Below, one piece after another: positions 1 to 8,751 of a stretch of DNA of 64,000 nucleotides. A model generated the notes under the pieces. It was not told the origin of the DNA. It ran no database searches and worked only from the letters and a program-made list of their open reading frames with translations. Made by a program: the position numbers and the translations under genes. Source of the DNA: Pseudomonadota bacterium (GTDB taxonomy: Bacteria > Pseudomonadota > Gammaproteobacteria > JAKBBU01); contig JAKBBU010000001.1 in the NCBI GenBank assembly GCA_021808365.1, positions 30,615-94,614 on the forward strand. Reading direction: 5' to 3'. Position 1 is the first letter of the stretch, and the number at the start of each line of letters is the position of its first letter.

Positions 1-1
1 T

Positions 2-166
2 GCGGGTGATGTATTTGCAGGCGCCTATCTTCATGGTCTGAATCAAGGTGTGAAACCTGCCTTAGCTGCCCGTTTGGCTAGTTTTGCAGCTGCAAAAGTG
101 GTTTCAAAATTTGGTCCGCGGCTTTCGAAGGTGGAAGTGGCTGAGACGTTGGCGCATTTGGAATAG
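2..166 (+). CDS. C-terminal fragment of a PfkB-family carbohydrate/nucleoside kinase (5' end lies outside the window)
   Basis: The open frame entering from the window edge translates to ...AGDVFAGAYLHGLNQGVKPALAARLASFAAAKVVSKFGPRLSKVEVAETLAHLE and stops at TAG 164-166. The GAGDxF(A)G(G/A)(Y/F)L motif is the conserved C-terminal anion-hole motif of ribokinase/PfkB kinases. Confidence 0.5.
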   Translation, partial: AGDVFAGAYLHGLNQGVKPALAARLASFAAAKVVSKFGPRLSKVEVAETLAHLE

Positions 167-553
167 CTCCCACTTTTTTGACGTGGGTGCTGATATTTTT
201 TCCTAAACCCCTTTTATTTTGTAGTAACTAGGCCTATAATGGACTCGTTGATCGACTATAAGGATTTGCGCTAGCTTTTTGGGACACCTCTTGAGGCGTT
301 TTAATAAGATCCAGGGCACTTTATAGACTTTCTTTTTCGTTGCTGCTTATCGTGCTGGAGAATTTCTACCTCGGTGTTTCAGACAAATTATGGTTGGACT
401 GCTCCTTGTGATCTGCGCTCTTTCTGTGGTTTGCTCTGTTCTGGTAGAGGTTTTTTAAGCCGAACGACCCAGGGCTGTCCTCTTACGTGAAGGCGTGGTG
501 TACATTCTAGATTGATGCGGTGACCTTGTTTGTTTTTTGGAGTACCTGGATTT

Positions 554-886
554 ATGAATAAGATTTATGTTGGTAACTTGTCGTATAAGACGACAGATGG
601 CGCTTTACGCGAATTCTTTGCTGAATTTGGCGATATTGAAGATGCTGTTATTATCACCGAGCGCGAAACTGGCCGATCCAAAGGATTTGGTTTCGTCACT
701 TTCAAAACAGCTAATTCTGCTAATGATGCTGTGCAAAAGACTGATGGCCAAATGCTTGATGGTCGTGCTATTCGTGTGAATATCGCACAAAACCGTGAAG
801 GCGGCGCTGGCGGTGGTGCTCGTTCTGGCGGCGGCGGTCGTTCAGGCGAACGCTCAGGCGGCGGTGGCGGAAGAGCCCGTTACTAG
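554..886 (+). CDS. RRM-type RNA-binding protein with a glycine-rich C-terminal tail
   Basis: The translation MNKIYVGNLSYKTTDGALREFFAEFGDIEDAVIITERETGRSKGFGFVTF contains RNP-2 (IYVGNL) and RNP-1 (KGFGFVTF), followed by an RGG/GGGG tail. The ATG at 554 is preferred over 530 because RRM proteins start MxIYVGNL. GGAG lies 11 nt upstream. Confidence 0.8.
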   Translation: MNKIYVGNLSYKTTDGALREFFAEFGDIEDAVIITERETGRSKGFGFVTFKTANSANDAVQKTDGQMLDGRAIRVNIAQNREGGAGGGARSGGGGRSGERSGGGGGRARY

Positions 887-905
887 GCCTTAGCCTCTAT
901 ATGTG

Positions 906-945
906 AAACCCCTGTTTCGGCTTTGCTGGACCAGGGTTTTTTTTT
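906..945 (+). terminator. Rho-independent terminator after the RRM-protein gene
   Basis: The GC-rich hairpin aaacccctg...cagggttt is followed by a run of 9 T, 20 nt after the stop codon. Confidence 0.7.
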
Positions 946-974
946 GCCCGTCATCCTGGGGATTTAGTTTTTAT

Positions 975-1090
975 GTAGGTTGGGTTAGCGTACTTGCGTA
1001 ACCCAACAAAATTAAAGATGAAAAATATTGGATTTTATAGGCGGAATGTTGGGTTACGTCCAGCCTATCGGCTGTTCTAACCCAACCTAC
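975..1090. repeat. Family-A palindromic interspersed repeat, full two-module copy (GTAGGTTGGGTTAG...CGTAACCCAACA ... TGTTGGGTTACG...CTAACCCAACCTAC)
   Basis: Internal inverted repeats are visible. Near-identical modules recur at 7891-7932, 11394-11436, 13799-13908, 43143-43230, with partial copies at 28721-28745 and 50926-50943. Confidence 0.8.
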
Positions 1091-1102
1091 GCCTCCTAAA
1101 AC

Positions 1103-1178
1103 TGGCGCCCCGGACAGGATTCGAACCTGTGACCTATCCCTTAGGAGGGGATCGCGCTATCCCCTGTGCCACCGGGGC
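1103..1178 (-). tRNA. tRNA-Arg (anticodon CCT)
   Basis: The reverse complement reads GCCCCGGTGGCACAGGGGATAGCGCGATCCCCTCCTAAGGGATAGGTCACAGGTTCGAATCCTGTCCGGGGCGCCA. It has a cloverleaf with a GGTTCGAATCC T-arm, anticodon loop CTCCTAA and an encoded CCA. Confidence 0.85.
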
Positions 1179-1453
1179 AAAGTTTTTATAATCCTAAATT
1201 AAGATTAACTTATATTCATAATATATAATACATCGTCTAGAGATTTTGGTCTAGGGATACTTCATAAGAGTTTAATCCATTTTTAGACACAACAATAAAA
1301 AAGTTACTACCGTTGTGCATAAGATTAATTTGTATGAGTAAGTTCGAGTATGATATTTTTAAAGATAAAGTTCATGATGTCTTAGATAAAAAAAATAAAC
1401 TGAAAAAATAGATACTGGCTTAGTGTCCGTTTTTCAGGGGCAGATTAATTGAT

Positions 1454-2113
1454 TCAAAACTCAATCCAAGACTGCCACCCTGCCCTGATTTGTTGTGTGG
1501 TTAGGCATTCATCATCATTAAAGGAAGAAATCCTTTTTGAAAGACTGGATTCCCGCCTCTGCGGGAATGACGCTAAGGAAGAAATCTCTTGTATAAAACT
1601 AGATTTCTGCTGCTGGGACGCGACTGCATAAACTGCCTGAAGTCGAACCACACTACGCCTACTCGCGCTCATTGCAAAGATAGTGATTCGAAAAAAATCT
1701 AAATTTTGTGGCAATGACGACTCAGCATGCAAACACGGATCATGTTCGAACGGTTCAATCACAAAACGAACCTTGATCTTGCCCTGATCCAATGAACATC
1801 TACGACCTAATTTCAGCCACCAAACGACAGATCTATCACGCCAGACTTGAATGGGCTGCATAGCTTGATAGCAATTTGACTTCGTCTTCAACATTGATGC
1901 CACTTGATTTAAAGCATTTTCTGCAGCTCGAAAAACTTCATTTTTTTCATTAAACTGCCCTGCCATTTTAAGTTCCAAGGCGCTGGATATCGATGCCGTC
2001 ATGACAATGGATGTACTTAAAAATAAGAACAATAAGACAATGAATAGAATATTGCCGTGTATACTATTATTGATTAATAACGAAGAAGGCTGCACCAATG
2101 ACACAACACGCAT
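1454..2113 (-). CDS. Hypothetical minor-pilin-like protein (PilX-like), uncertain
   Basis: The ORF lies downstream of and overlaps the pilW-like gene. Its N-terminus is hydrophobic (NILFIVLLFLFLSTSIV) and resembles a pilin-like transmembrane segment. The C-terminal part reads through family-B repeat copy B1 (1545-1571). The start was chosen at the internal Met (MRVV...). Confidence 0.3.
   Translation of the reverse strand: MRVVSLVQPSSLLINNSIHGNILFIVLLFLFLSTSIVMTASISSALELKMAGQFNEKNEVFRAAENALNQVASMLKTKSNCYQAMQPIQVWRDRSVVWWLKLGRRCSLDQGKIKVRFVIEPFEHDPCLHAESSLPQNLDFFRITIFAMSASRRSVVRLQAVYAVASQQQKSSFIQEISSLASFPQRRESSLSKRISSFNDDECLTTQQIRAGWQSWIEF
1545..1571. repeat. Family-B palindromic repeat (CTGGATTCCCGCCTC[T/C]GCGGGAATGAC)
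   Basis: Same element as at 2302-2329 (inverted), 31584-31609, 47521-47557, 56256-56282 and 56531-56557. Confidence 0.8.
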
Positions 2114-2130
2114 TGGCGCAGCCTTCTTCG
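2081..2130. repeat. Family-D hairpin repeat (GAAGGCTGCACCAATG-ACACAACACG-CATTGGCGCAGCCTTC)
   Basis: Perfect inverted repeat with the core GCACCAATG..CACAACACGCATTGGTGC, shared with 18164-18239 and 38141-38224. It is flanked by a further palindrome, ttattgattaataa/ttattaataa. Confidence 0.7.
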
Positions 2131-2133
2131 TTA

Positions 2134-3276
2134 TTAATAAGCAAGATTTCTTGGAGTAAGGATGATGGACCATTCTTTATATAAATATCCTTTTGGATCG
2201 ACAAATTCCTCATTGAGGAAAACATATCGAGTGGTTTGACTTGAAAATCGAAATGGGCTTTTTAATAAAAAATAAAGCGTCAATTGATGATGAGCTATAA
2301 CGTCATTCCTGCGGAGGTGGGAATCCAGTCTTTTAAAAGGGATTTCTTCTTGATGAATTTTCAACGATTCAACATCACTCATCAGCTCACGTTTCTTTTC
2401 ATCTAAATCTTCACGATACAATCCATGAATGGGGAAGCCATCAAGCGTATGTCGACCCGTATCCGCTAAAAAATAATCGCGCTGAACAAAAAGACCGACA
2501 AGCGCATCTTGAGCATATGAAAATCTTAAGTCGTTTGACAAAATAAGATCTTCATAGCTTGATGTTTTTTTGACCGCAACCACTTTAAATAGTTCAGCTT
2601 GGCTACAATCAGAAATAATCCCAATTTTTTCTTTCTCTAAGGGTGAGCCCAATGGAACTCGAATTTTTTTTCCTTTTTGTACAGCTTGTTCAAGCGAAAC
2701 CATCTCCATTGGATCAAGATACCGAATCTCTAAAACATCGCTGTCCTTCAGAGCAATTTTTTGTAAATGAGAAGGCCATTGATTACTTTTATAAATCATC
2801 AGTGCATTACTTTGATTCAATTCATAGCGCGAATCATTGATATTGTTATACACATTAAAACTGGCATCTAATCGTCGACATCCGATAAACCCTGCTTGAC
2901 GAATATCATGTCCAACAAGATGATTTAAAAAACGCCCCTGCTCTTGAAGACGGGCCAGAGCTTCATTTTGACGATCCGTTGCCTTAATGCCCGACCAAAC
3001 CATACCTGCCATTGTGGTGATCATGATCCCTAAAGTGAGTGCGATTAAAACTTCGAGTAACGATTTTCCCGTTTGTTGCTCAAATTGATTTTGAAGAGCC
3101 TGCCCTTCAAGAGTTTTTTGATATGCCCCTTGTTGATTTTTTAAACTTTTCAATTGCAGTTCTGCTAATCCTAAAAGGCCCATTGAAAAAATCAATAAGG
3201 CGATGAGGATCTCAATTAAGCTGAAACCGGATTGAGAGTTGCTGTGTTTTGCCATAGAATCAGCATACCTGATCAT
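2134..3276 (-). CDS. Type IV pilus minor pilin PilW-like protein with an N-terminal PilV-like prepilin segment fused in frame
   Basis: There are two consecutive prepilin-type N-terminal motifs: GFSLIEILIALLIFSMGLLG at residues 17-36 and SLLEVLIALTLGIMITTMAG at residues 72-91. The second is followed by GRFLNHLVGHDIRQAGF, which matches the PilW N-domain. Family-B repeat B2 (2302-2329) is embedded in frame near the C-terminus (FKRLDSHLRRNDV). Confidence 0.55.
   Translation of the reverse strand: MIRYADSMAKHSNSQSGFSLIEILIALLIFSMGLLGLAELQLKSLKNQQGAYQKTLEGQALQNQFEQQTGKSLLEVLIALTLGIMITTMAGMVWSGIKATDRQNEALARLQEQGRFLNHLVGHDIRQAGFIGCRRLDASFNVYNNINDSRYELNQSNALMIYKSNQWPSHLQKIALKDSDVLEIRYLDPMEMVSLEQAVQKGKKIRVPLGSPLEKEKIGIISDCSQAELFKVVAVKKTSSYEDLILSNDLRFSYAQDALVGLFVQRDYFLADTGRHTLDGFPIHGLYREDLDEKKRELMSDVESLKIHQEEIPFKRLDSHLRRNDVIAHHQLTLYFLLKSPFRFSSQTTRYVFLNEEFVDPKGYLYKEWSIILTPRNLAY
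2302..2329. repeat. Family-B palindromic repeat, inverted orientation, inside the pilW-like CDS
   Basis: CGTCATTCCTGCGGAGGTGGGAATCCAG is the reverse complement of the family-B consensus. Confidence 0.8.
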
Positions 3277-3313
3277 GATGGCTTAGTTTGTAAGCCTAAG
3301 AGGAAGATATAAA

Positions 3314-3658
3314 ATGGATAAACCCGAAATCAAAACCTGCCTAGCCTGTGAAGGCGGCGTTCTACCGCTCAAACGTGCTGAGATCAAAAAACACCTTGCT
3401 ACCGATTGCCCAGAATGGAAAGAAACTATTTATGGGAAAGAAATTGCCCGGGATTATCAGTTCAAGGATTATTATGAAACTATCGCCTTTGTAAATGCAG
3501 TGGCGGAGTTGTCGCATCGTGAAAACCATCATCCTGATTTAAAAGTCACTTATAATCATTGCATCGTTTCTTACAGTACCCATGCTGTGGATGCTCTGAC
3601 TGATAATGACTTTATTTGTGCGAAGTTTGTAGATGGGTTATATACTCGCGGCCAATGA
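3314..3658 (+). CDS. phhB: Pterin-4a-carbinolamine dehydratase
   Basis: 114 aa protein carrying the conserved E..HHPD and C..THA motifs typical of PCD/DCoH. An AGGA-containing ribosome-binding site lies upstream. phhA is found about 7 kb away in the same window. Confidence 0.8.
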   Translation: MDKPEIKTCLACEGGVLPLKRAEIKKHLATDCPEWKETIYGKEIARDYQFKDYYETIAFVNAVAELSHRENHHPDLKVTYNHCIVSYSTHAVDALTDNDFICAKFVDGLYTRGQ

Positions 3659-3728
3659 AAACTCGGTTTTTAATTCCTCATTTTAAGGCCACCTTGAAAA
3701 GAGGGAGATTTAGATAACAATTACACCC

Positions 3729-4349
3729 TCAAAAATTCCCCATCTGCGTCGCCAACGTGATCCCCACAAAACTTGCCTCTGAATTCACATCTGCAAAACC
3801 AATCACACTGATGCCAAGATGATTATTCACATCATAAAAAACCTCTGCCTCAAGCGGAAGTCCCACAGTTGAAATGCCCTGCCCTAAAGTATTGGGCGCA
3901 GTGGGCATTTTAGATCCATCTACATATGCAACCCCTGTCGAACCTGAAACATAACCCCAATCATGAACAGAACGAAGACCATACAGTAAACCCATATCTG
4001 CTGCACCGCCAACCATATCATTGGTATGAGGCATTCCTGCGGTAGTCGCGAACCCAATGGCTTGAGGTACAAATTTCTTGGTAGAACTAATTCCCGTTGC
4101 ACGGGTACTCAAAAACTGATCTTGTGTCATGGCATAATTCACGCTGACGTCCGCTTCAAATCCGTTTCTCACTTCTGACATATTTCCAACGCCTACCCCT
4201 AAATTATACCAATAAGGATGGGTTTGGCTGATTTTATAGGGGATTGGAAGTTCTGGATCACTCAGATCCAAGCTTTTTCCAAATGCAAGGCATGGCAAGA
4301 AGCACAGACCTACCAGCCATAACTGATTGCATTTGAGGAAAAAAAACAT
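3729..4349 (-). CDS. Hypothetical outer-membrane (beta-barrel-like) protein
   Basis: It has an N-terminal signal peptide (MFFFLKCNQLWLVGLCFLPCLAFG), alternating Gly/aromatic-rich segments and a C-terminal Phe (…TQMGNF), as in small OMPs. Confidence 0.45.
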   Translation of the reverse strand: MFFFLKCNQLWLVGLCFLPCLAFGKSLDLSDPELPIPYKISQTHPYWYNLGVGVGNMSEVRNGFEADVSVNYAMTQDQFLSTRATGISSTKKFVPQAIGFATTAGMPHTNDMVGGAADMGLLYGLRSVHDWGYVSGSTGVAYVDGSKMPTAPNTLGQGISTVGLPLEAEVFYDVNNHLGISVIGFADVNSEASFVGITLATQMGNF

Positions 4350-4555
4350 AATGACTCATAAAAATTGTAATATGTATCTTTTTTAGTCTAGCACATTTTG
4401 CATCTTTCGTAAAATATTTTATCTTTATTTTTCAAAGAGATAAGTTTTTTTCTCGGAAAATTCCCATTTGCCGTTTTTTCTTACGAGTATAGGATGACAC
4501 CACATAATCAATGCGTTAAGATGCGGGCACATTATAGCATCTGAGGAAGAACTCA

Positions 4556-5878
4556 ATGTCCCATCGCAAAAAACAGAGGATGCCACGCAAAATAAGTTAT
4601 TTTATTGCTCTACTGGGGGTTCTCTTTTATTTTTACGAAACTATTCTTGAACTTGTTCCCAGCACCATTGTTCAAGGCCTCATGCGTAATTTCCATATCA
4701 ATGCCTCAATGATTGGTATCCTTGATACAACTTATTTTGCTGTTTATGCTCTGATGCAAATCCCTGGCGGTTATTTACTGGATCGATTTGGCGCTAAAAA
4801 AATACTGACCCTTGCAGCGCTTTGCTGTTGCTTTGGTCAACTCCTTTTTATCATGACGAACTATTTGAGTATTGCTCTCATTGCCAGAGTGATTATGGGA
4901 TTTGGTGGTGCCTTTGGTCTAATGGGTGCAATGTATCTTATTAATAAATATATTGCGAGACCTTATCTTGGTTTTGCACTGGGTCTTGCTATTCTTTTTG
5001 GGTTGAGCGGTGGTCTTTTCTCCGCACCCCTCACCGCTTTGGAAGAAAGCTATGGTTGGTCATTTAGTCTCTTGCTTTTGGCCTTCGTCGCAGGTCTGTT
5101 GGCTATCATTTTTCGATTATTTCTGACTGACCCAGGTCGGCCTTCTGATACTCCTTTTTATCATGATTTACTCGCAAATCTCAAACAACTCTTAAACTAT
5201 CGTGCACTCTGGCCGATTGCGATCTACGGAGGATTAATTTATATCCCGACAGGTACTTTAGCCAATTTGTGGGGTATTGAATATTTAAAAGTATATTATC
5301 AGGGTGATCCTGCGATTCAAGCGGCAAAAATGAATGGACTGATCTTCTTAGGTTGGATTGTTGGCAGCCCCTTTGTTGGATTAATTTCAGATCGACTCAA
5401 AGAACGTCGGCGTGTTGTGCTTGCTGGCGGTGTTGGGCTTTTCCTCTCTTTACTTTTAATATCGCAAGATACGCATCTTTTGGTTTCGGAAATGTTTGCT
5501 TTAATGTTTACCGTGGGATTTTTTTCAAGTGCGAGTGGTTTAACTTTTGCCATGGGTTGTGAAAGCGTTCCCAAGGTCAAGGGGGGTATGGCGGTAGGGT
5601 TTGTCAATATGATGGCGATTTTGCCAACAATCATTATTTCGCCTCTATTTGGCGTTATACTCGATCAAGGTTGGGCTAGCCAAATGTTACATGGTGCAAA
5701 AATTTATCCCCTGCACGCTTATCAAAATGCATTTATCTTAGAATATGGTCTTGTTTTTGTGGCTTTGTTGGTGGGTTATTTTTTAATGCCGGAGACACTC
5801 GCTGGCCGTTCCCGCAGGGGCGGGACTGCTGACATTTACTCTCCTGGCTGCAAAAAAGGTAAAATCGGCACAAATTGA
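4556..5878 (+). CDS. Major facilitator superfamily transporter
   Basis: About 12 hydrophobic helices are present, including an MFS signature region LDRFGAKK between TM2 and TM3. Confidence 0.75.
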   Translation: MSHRKKQRMPRKISYFIALLGVLFYFYETILELVPSTIVQGLMRNFHINASMIGILDTTYFAVYALMQIPGGYLLDRFGAKKILTLAALCCCFGQLLFIMTNYLSIALIARVIMGFGGAFGLMGAMYLINKYIARPYLGFALGLAILFGLSGGLFSAPLTALEESYGWSFSLLLLAFVAGLLAIIFRLFLTDPGRPSDTPFYHDLLANLKQLLNYRALWPIAIYGGLIYIPTGTLANLWGIEYLKVYYQGDPAIQAAKMNGLIFLGWIVGSPFVGLISDRLKERRRVVLAGGVGLFLSLLLISQDTHLLVSEMFALMFTVGFFSSASGLTFAMGCESVPKVKGGMAVGFVNMMAILPTIIISPLFGVILDQGWASQMLHGAKIYPLHAYQNAFILEYGLVFVALLVGYFLMPETLAGRSRRGGTADIYSPGCKKGKIGTN

Positions 5879-5937
5879 CAATCCTTACGTGGATTCACAT
5901 CAACACAGCACCAGCCTGGAAATTTTTACTGACCCCA

Positions 5938-7845
5938 TTACTTTCTTGTAATTTTTATCTTCGCATGACTGACGGTGTCCAATGAATAGATGTCATAGTC
6001 CAAGGATCCCATGGCTTTTTCTAGTTGAGCTTGCAATGCCGGTGTAGGTACATCTTTAGGATCAGCAGGAACCAATCGAATCAATTGTAAAAGAACATTG
6101 TCTCCATCAGGCAATGCAAATGCAGCAGCCGATACCGGTATTTTTGTTGAGGGTGGAGGCAATGTGAACCCCTCATTTACGATCACTGTATTCACACCGG
6201 CTTTATTGCGTGAAGCATCCACCACATTATAAGCACTTAAGCCATTTTGTTTGGCTAACTGTGCTAAGGGCTGGCCTTTTTGAAGTTGAGTAAGCAATTG
6301 TTTCGCTAAAACTTGGGCTTTTCCACTTGCAGCCTCTTGCGTTAAATTAGAGCGGATCTGAGGTGCGACCTCTGTAAAGGGAAGCACAGCAGAAGGCTGA
6401 TGTTGTTTAACACGAAGGATCACCACTGTTTCGGGATCCAATTGAATCGAATCACTATTATTACCTTGAGCCAACACACTGTTATTAAATGCAGCGGAAT
6501 AAATTTTAGGGTTTGCTGCAATCCCATCTTTTGCACCACTGCGGCTAAATAGAGGCGTTGATTGGATTTGCAACCCAAGTGTTTTTGCAGCAATAGAAAG
6601 ATCCGTTGGATTTTCATAGGCTAAATTAGCAAGTTGATCGCTTTGGTCGGCAAAAAGGCTTTCCGCTTTTTGTCGGGCTAATAAAGTTGTAATTTTCGGA
6701 GTTGCTTGATTCAAGGGGATAATTTGTGAGGGTTTAACCGCCAACAATTTGATGATATCAAAGCCATATTGCGTCCGAATAGGTGCAGAAATCGGTGTTG
6801 TCATCGATAAACTTTGAACGGTTTCACCGAAAGTGCCCTTAAGCTGTCCTGCAGAAATCCACCCAATGCTACCGCCTTTTTTATTCGACAGTGTATCATC
6901 AGAGTCTTTCAACGCCAATTTAGAAAAGTCAGCACCTTGTTTAAGTTGTGCAGCGATTGTATTGACTTTAGTTTGTGCTGCGGCAATTTGAGCGGCAGTG
7001 GCATCTTTAGGGAGCTGTACGAGAATATGGGCAATGTCCTTTTGTTCAGGTAATGTAAACATGGAAAGATTATCTTGATAAAATTGTTTGATTTGTTCAT
7101 CGCTAGGATGAATGTTTTGAGTAAGTTGAGTCAGTGATAATTCGACATAATCAATACTAACTTGTTCTTTGCTTTTAAAAGCATCCATATGATTTTGGTA
7201 ATAAGTTTTTACAACATCATCGGGAATAGAAACAGATTTCACAAAACGGGATGCGGGCACAATGATATAAGAGAAATCACGTTTTTGATGCATGAGCGTA
7301 GAAGTGCTACTAAGTTCATTGGGTAACACAAAAGTGGTATTTGTATAGGCGGATTGTACTTGGCTGATCAACATGATGTTTTGAATATCGTGGATCAATT
7401 GCGTGGTTGTCATTTGTTGTGCGTTAAGGGCTTGGTCGAAACGTTCCTTTGAGAACTGGCCGTGTTCTTGAAAAGCAGGTACGGTTTCTATGACATAATT
7501 AATTTGGGTTTGGCCAACGCGGTAGCCTTGTTTTCGAGCTGCATCGCCGAGAGCTTGGGTGGAAATCATTTGTTTAAGTAGGGTTTCGCGCAAATAGTTG
7601 AGATAGCCGGGACTTTGTGGGAATTGATTACCCATTTGTGCTTGTTGTTGGTCGACAAGGCGCCGAAAAGCACGATTAAATTGAACTTGATTGATCACTT
7701 GGCCATTCACCTTAGCTACAACAGCGTTTTGGGCTGCAGTACCAAAGTAATTGTGAATTCCCCAGAGTGCGAAGGTGACGGAAATAACGATGACGATGAG
7801 CCAGGTCAGCCAGCCCTTGGAACGATCGTGAATGTTTTGTAACAT
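5938..7845 (-). CDS. ppiD: Periplasmic chaperone / peptidyl-prolyl isomerase PpiD
   Basis: The N-terminus MLQNIHDRSKGWLTWLIVIVISVTFALWG is a PpiD-type membrane anchor, followed by a SurA-like region and a parvulin-like region. The hupB - ppiD neighbourhood is conserved, as in E. coli. Confidence 0.8.
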   Translation of the reverse strand: MLQNIHDRSKGWLTWLIVIVISVTFALWGIHNYFGTAAQNAVVAKVNGQVINQVQFNRAFRRLVDQQQAQMGNQFPQSPGYLNYLRETLLKQMISTQALGDAARKQGYRVGQTQINYVIETVPAFQEHGQFSKERFDQALNAQQMTTTQLIHDIQNIMLISQVQSAYTNTTFVLPNELSSTSTLMHQKRDFSYIIVPASRFVKSVSIPDDVVKTYYQNHMDAFKSKEQVSIDYVELSLTQLTQNIHPSDEQIKQFYQDNLSMFTLPEQKDIAHILVQLPKDATAAQIAAAQTKVNTIAAQLKQGADFSKLALKDSDDTLSNKKGGSIGWISAGQLKGTFGETVQSLSMTTPISAPIRTQYGFDIIKLLAVKPSQIIPLNQATPKITTLLARQKAESLFADQSDQLANLAYENPTDLSIAAKTLGLQIQSTPLFSRSGAKDGIAANPKIYSAAFNNSVLAQGNNSDSIQLDPETVVILRVKQHQPSAVLPFTEVAPQIRSNLTQEAASGKAQVLAKQLLTQLQKGQPLAQLAKQNGLSAYNVVDASRNKAGVNTVIVNEGFTLPPPSTKIPVSAAAFALPDGDNVLLQLIRLVPADPKDVPTPALQAQLEKAMGSLDYDIYSLDTVSHAKIKITRK

Positions 7846-7890
7846 AAAACGTCCATCTCCGGTGTTATCCCGGGATTTAGATCAAAAAGC

Positions 7891-7932
7891 GTAGGTTGGG
7901 TTAACCCGGCCTAAGCCGGGCGTAACCCAACA
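7891..7932. repeat. Family-A repeat, single module (GTAGGTTGGGTTAACCCGGCCTAAGCCGGGCGTAACCCAACA)
   Basis: Perfect hairpin. It is preceded by a partial family-C motif (gttatcccgggatttag, 7864-7880) and lies 15 nt from the tRNA-Asp 3' end. Confidence 0.75.
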
Positions 7933-7947
7933 ATTCAACGAGCAAAT

Positions 7948-8024
7948 TGGCGGAGTGGACGGGACTCGAACCCGCGACCCCCGGCGTGACAGGCCGGTAT
8001 TCTAACCAACTGAACTACCACTCC
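7948..8024 (-). tRNA. tRNA-Asp (anticodon GTC)
   Basis: The reverse complement reads GGAGTGGTAGTTCAGTTGGTTAGAATACCGGCCTGTCACGCCGGGGGTCGCGGGTTCGAGTCCCGTCCACTCCGCCA, a canonical tRNA-Asp. Confidence 0.9.
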
Positions 8025-8128
8025 TAAAACATATGCTACGCGACAGCAAAGCCGCCGCTTGCACTTAAGGGAAGGCTACGTCTCCCCCTTAAGAATCCCC
8101 CGTTGCTTTGCAAAAGGCGATTTAAAAA

Positions 8129-8206
8129 TGGTGGGTGTTGAGGGGATCGAACCCCCGACATTCGCCTTGTAAGGGCGACGCTCTACCAGCTGAGCTAAAC
8201 ACCCGC
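8129..8206 (-). tRNA. tRNA-Val (anticodon TAC)
   Basis: The reverse complement reads GCGGGTGTTTAGCTCAGCTGGTAGAGCGTCGCCCTTACAAGGCGAATGTCGGGGGTTCGATCCCCTCAACACCCACCA. The anticodon loop is CTTACAA. Confidence 0.85.
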
Positions 8207-8319
8207 GACTATATGCTAAGTGAAGGCAAAGCCTTCACTTGTATAATCACATGCTGCTAAAACAAGGACCTCTTCTAGGCTTTTAAGCCCTTTTGAGAAG
8301 CCCATGTAGCGTTATTCTA

Positions 8320-8595
8320 TCACTCCTGTACAGCATCTTTCAATGCCTTTCCAGGTCTGAAACCAGGAACATTGGCGGCTTGAATCTGAATTTCAGCCCC
8401 TGTTCTTGGATTACGGCCTGTGCGTGCAGCACGTTTTTTCACGATGAATGTGCCAAAACCTACAAAAGCAGCTTGATCGCCCGCTTTCAAGGCATCGGTA
8501 ATTTTTTGAAATACGAGGTCAACCGCAGCTGCTGCCTTAGATTTTGACAGATCAATCCCTTCAGCAAGCGCATCAACCAATTCAGTTTTGTTCAT
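8320..8595 (-). CDS. hupB: DNA-binding protein HU
   Basis: The translation [13 protein letters not shown]...[26 protein letters not shown] carries the HU/IHF signature. Start taken at MNK, which is two codons inside the longest ORF. Confidence 0.85.
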   Translation of the reverse strand: MNKTELVDALAEGIDLSKSKAAAAVDLVFQKITDALKAGDQAAFVGFGTFIVKKRAARTGRNPRTGAEIQIQAANVPGFRPGKALKDAVQE

Positions 8596-8751
8596 AATCA
8601 AAAGTTCCTCTAAAATCCAAAGGATGAAGGGTCGACGTTATACCAAGGGAATCGAACCTCTGTCAAGCAGAACCTGTTTTTAGAGTTGTCTTGGTTTTTT
8701 TAAACCCAATTTGGTGGGTTGTTATACAAGATTTTTTTTGGATCCCGGATA

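Noticed and set aside
8600-8700. tRNA-like fragment (GGGAATCGAACC, the reverse complement of a GGTTCGATTCCC T-arm) downstream of hupB
   Set aside because: Only a T-arm-like segment is recognisable. No acceptor stem, anticodon arm or CCA can be folded, so it is probably a tRNA remnant or coincidence.
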